NCBI GenBank assembly: GCA_030765135.1
Contig: JAVCDC010000082.1
Span: 4,351 to 68,350 of the forward strand
Reading direction: 5' to 3'
Source: Candidatus Tritonobacter lacicola
GTDB lineage: Bacteria; Auribacterota; Tritonobacteria; Tritonobacterales; Tritonobacteraceae
Length of the DNA stretch: 64,000 nucleotides
Part shown: piece after piece, positions 62,769 to 64,000 of the stretch
Layout of the letters: every line of letters begins with the position of its first letter
Numbering within the stretch: the first letter of the stretch is position 1
The notes under the pieces: generated by a model
The model's database searches: none
Told to the model about the DNA's origin: nothing
Seen by the model: only the letters and a program-made list of their open reading frames with translations
Made by a program: the position numbers and the translations under genes

Positions 62769-64000
62769 TCAATTATTACCGGACGATCTCTTATCGCAGA
62801 TTTCCCTGCCCGTCCCGGCATCGAATACCACGAACTTCTCGATATGGAGCAATGGATCGGCTTCCACGATTATCTCCATCCTGTAATCCCGCTCCGCCTC
62901 ACACACGGCAGAAAAATCATTTTTCTTCATGAACTCCAGCAAATCGGGGTGCACGGTTATCTTCAGCGGGCTTCGGCCGCGCGCCATGAATATTTTTCGA
63001 ATCCTCCTCTGTATCTCGATGGCAAGACTCGGCATGGTCTTGACCATACCTTTGCCGCCGCACGAGGGGCATTTGCCATACACCTCTTCCGATATACTCT
63101 CCTTGACGCGCTGTCGAGTCATCTCCAGAAGGCCGATATCGGATATGGGCAACAAGTTGAACTTCGCCTTGTCCTTCTTAAGGCCGCCCTCCAGCCGTTT
63201 CATCACGGCCCGCTGGTTCCTCCTGGAAGGCATATCGATGAAGTCGATAACGATAATCCCCCCGAGATCCCTCAGCCTGAGCTGCCTCGCTACCTCATCG
63301 GCAGCTTCAAGATTGGTTTGTATGACGGTTTCGGAGAGGTTCTTCTTCTTCACAAAACGTCCGCTGTTGACATCTATGACCCACATAGCCTCTGTCTGCT
63401 CTATAATCAAGTACCCCCCGCTCTTGAGCCACACCTTCCTCTGAAATGCCTTTTCGATCTCCCTCTCTATCCCGTACCTCTCGAATATCGGGCGCCTCCC
63501 CCTGTAAATCGAGACCTTCCTCTGAAGCTGGGGAAGTGTCGAGGCAATGAACTTCCTGACCCTCCTGCACTCCTCCCTGGAGTCGATCAACACCCTGTCC
63601 ACATCATCGGTGAAAGAATCCCTGACCACCCTGAGGATAAGATCGAGCTCTTCATGGAGGAGGCTCGGCACGGAAGAGGACGCCGTCTTTTTTCTTATCC
63701 TGTCCCAGAGAGCGCGAAGGTACCGTATATCCCTCTCAAAATTATTTTTCTTCTCTCCCTGTGCCGCCGTCCTCACTATGAATCCGATATCCCCCGGAAA
63801 ATCCATGGAAGCGAATATGGACTTAAGCCGCGCTCTCTCCTTCCGGTCGGCAATCCGTCTCGATATGCCGATACGCCGCTCTCCCGGAATGAGGACCAGG
63901 TACCTCCCCGGCAAGCCGATGTGAGTGGATAACCGGACGCCTTTTTCGCTTATCTTCTCCTTTATAATCTGAACGACGATATCCTGACCGTCTTTTACGA
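62769..64000 (-). CDS. rng: Ribonuclease G/E-family endoribonuclease (5' end outside the window)
   Basis: GRYLVLIPGERRIGISRRI, GFIVRTAA, GGYLIIEQTEAMWVIDVNSG, GGIIVIDFIDM and CPSCGGKG are present. The frame stays open beyond the track's first Met (63914) to the window edge. Confidence 0.85.
   Translation of the reverse strand, partial: VKDGQDIVVQIIKEKISEKGVRLSTHIGLPGRYLVLIPGERRIGISRRIADRKERARLKSIFASMDFPGDIGFIVRTAAQGEKKNNFERDIRYLRALWDRIRKKTASSSVPSLLHEELDLILRVVRDSFTDDVDRVLIDSREECRRVRKFIASTLPQLQRKVSIYRGRRPIFERYGIEREIEKAFQRKVWLKSGGYLIIEQTEAMWVIDVNSGRFVKKKNLSETVIQTNLEAADEVARQLRLRDLGGIIVIDFIDMPSRRNQRAVMKRLEGGLKKDKAKFNLLPISDIGLLEMTRQRVKESISEEVYGKCPSCGGKGMVKTMPSLAIEIQRRIRKIFMARGRSPLKITVHPDLLEFMKKNDFSAVCEAERDYRMEIIVEADPLLHIEKFVVFDAGTGREICDKRSSGNN

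Overview
This is a 64-kb, densely coding window that is almost entirely minus-strand. It probably comes from an uncultivated diderm bacterium, because it carries a Wza-type outer-membrane exporter plus GT9- and LpxL-like genes. All functional calls rest on family motifs I recognise in the supplied translations; no searches were run.

Block 1 (1.0-27.6 kb) is one co-directional ~26.6-kb Wzx/Wzy-type exopolysaccharide or O-antigen-like locus of 21 ORFs. It contains Wza, a Wzc BY-kinase, a PHP-type Wzb phosphatase, a Wzx flippase and two Wzy/O-antigen-ligase-like proteins. It also holds an initiating phosphotransferase, GT2/GT4/GT9 transferases and four SAM methyltransferases. Other members are an APH/choline-kinase-like kinase, a membrane-anchored sulfatase-fold protein lacking the formylglycine motif, a secreted GH2 hydrolase and an embedded HEPN/MNT pair.

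Block 2 (27.8-38 kb) holds a FecR-domain protein divergent from a CHASE2 class-III nucleotide cyclase. It also has an uncharacterised 5-gene envelope operon (zinc ribbon, kinase-less PCP, TPR, lipoprotein, TPR lipoprotein) and a possibly split GT-C transferase.

Block 3 (38-64 kb) is housekeeping: xerD, MBL hydrolase, ligA, tRNA-Pro, pcm, a glycolipid-type gene group, an aminotransferase, argS, rsfS, nadD, proA, proB, obg, rpmA, rplU and rng. It is interrupted by a RAYT gene with REP hairpins.

Block 3 also contains the only plus-strand operon. This is a GspI/J/K-like pseudopilin trio behind a well-spaced sigma-54 promoter, next to a PilS/PilR-like two-component pair. I consider it the most interesting candidate system.

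Other notable items are a decayed RAYT-like element with perfect 24-bp terminal inverted repeats, and a 32-bp duplication of the tRNA-Pro 5' end. Many intergenic spacers are built from short stuttered words and GC-rich hairpins. No CRISPR array, rRNA or prophage was seen.
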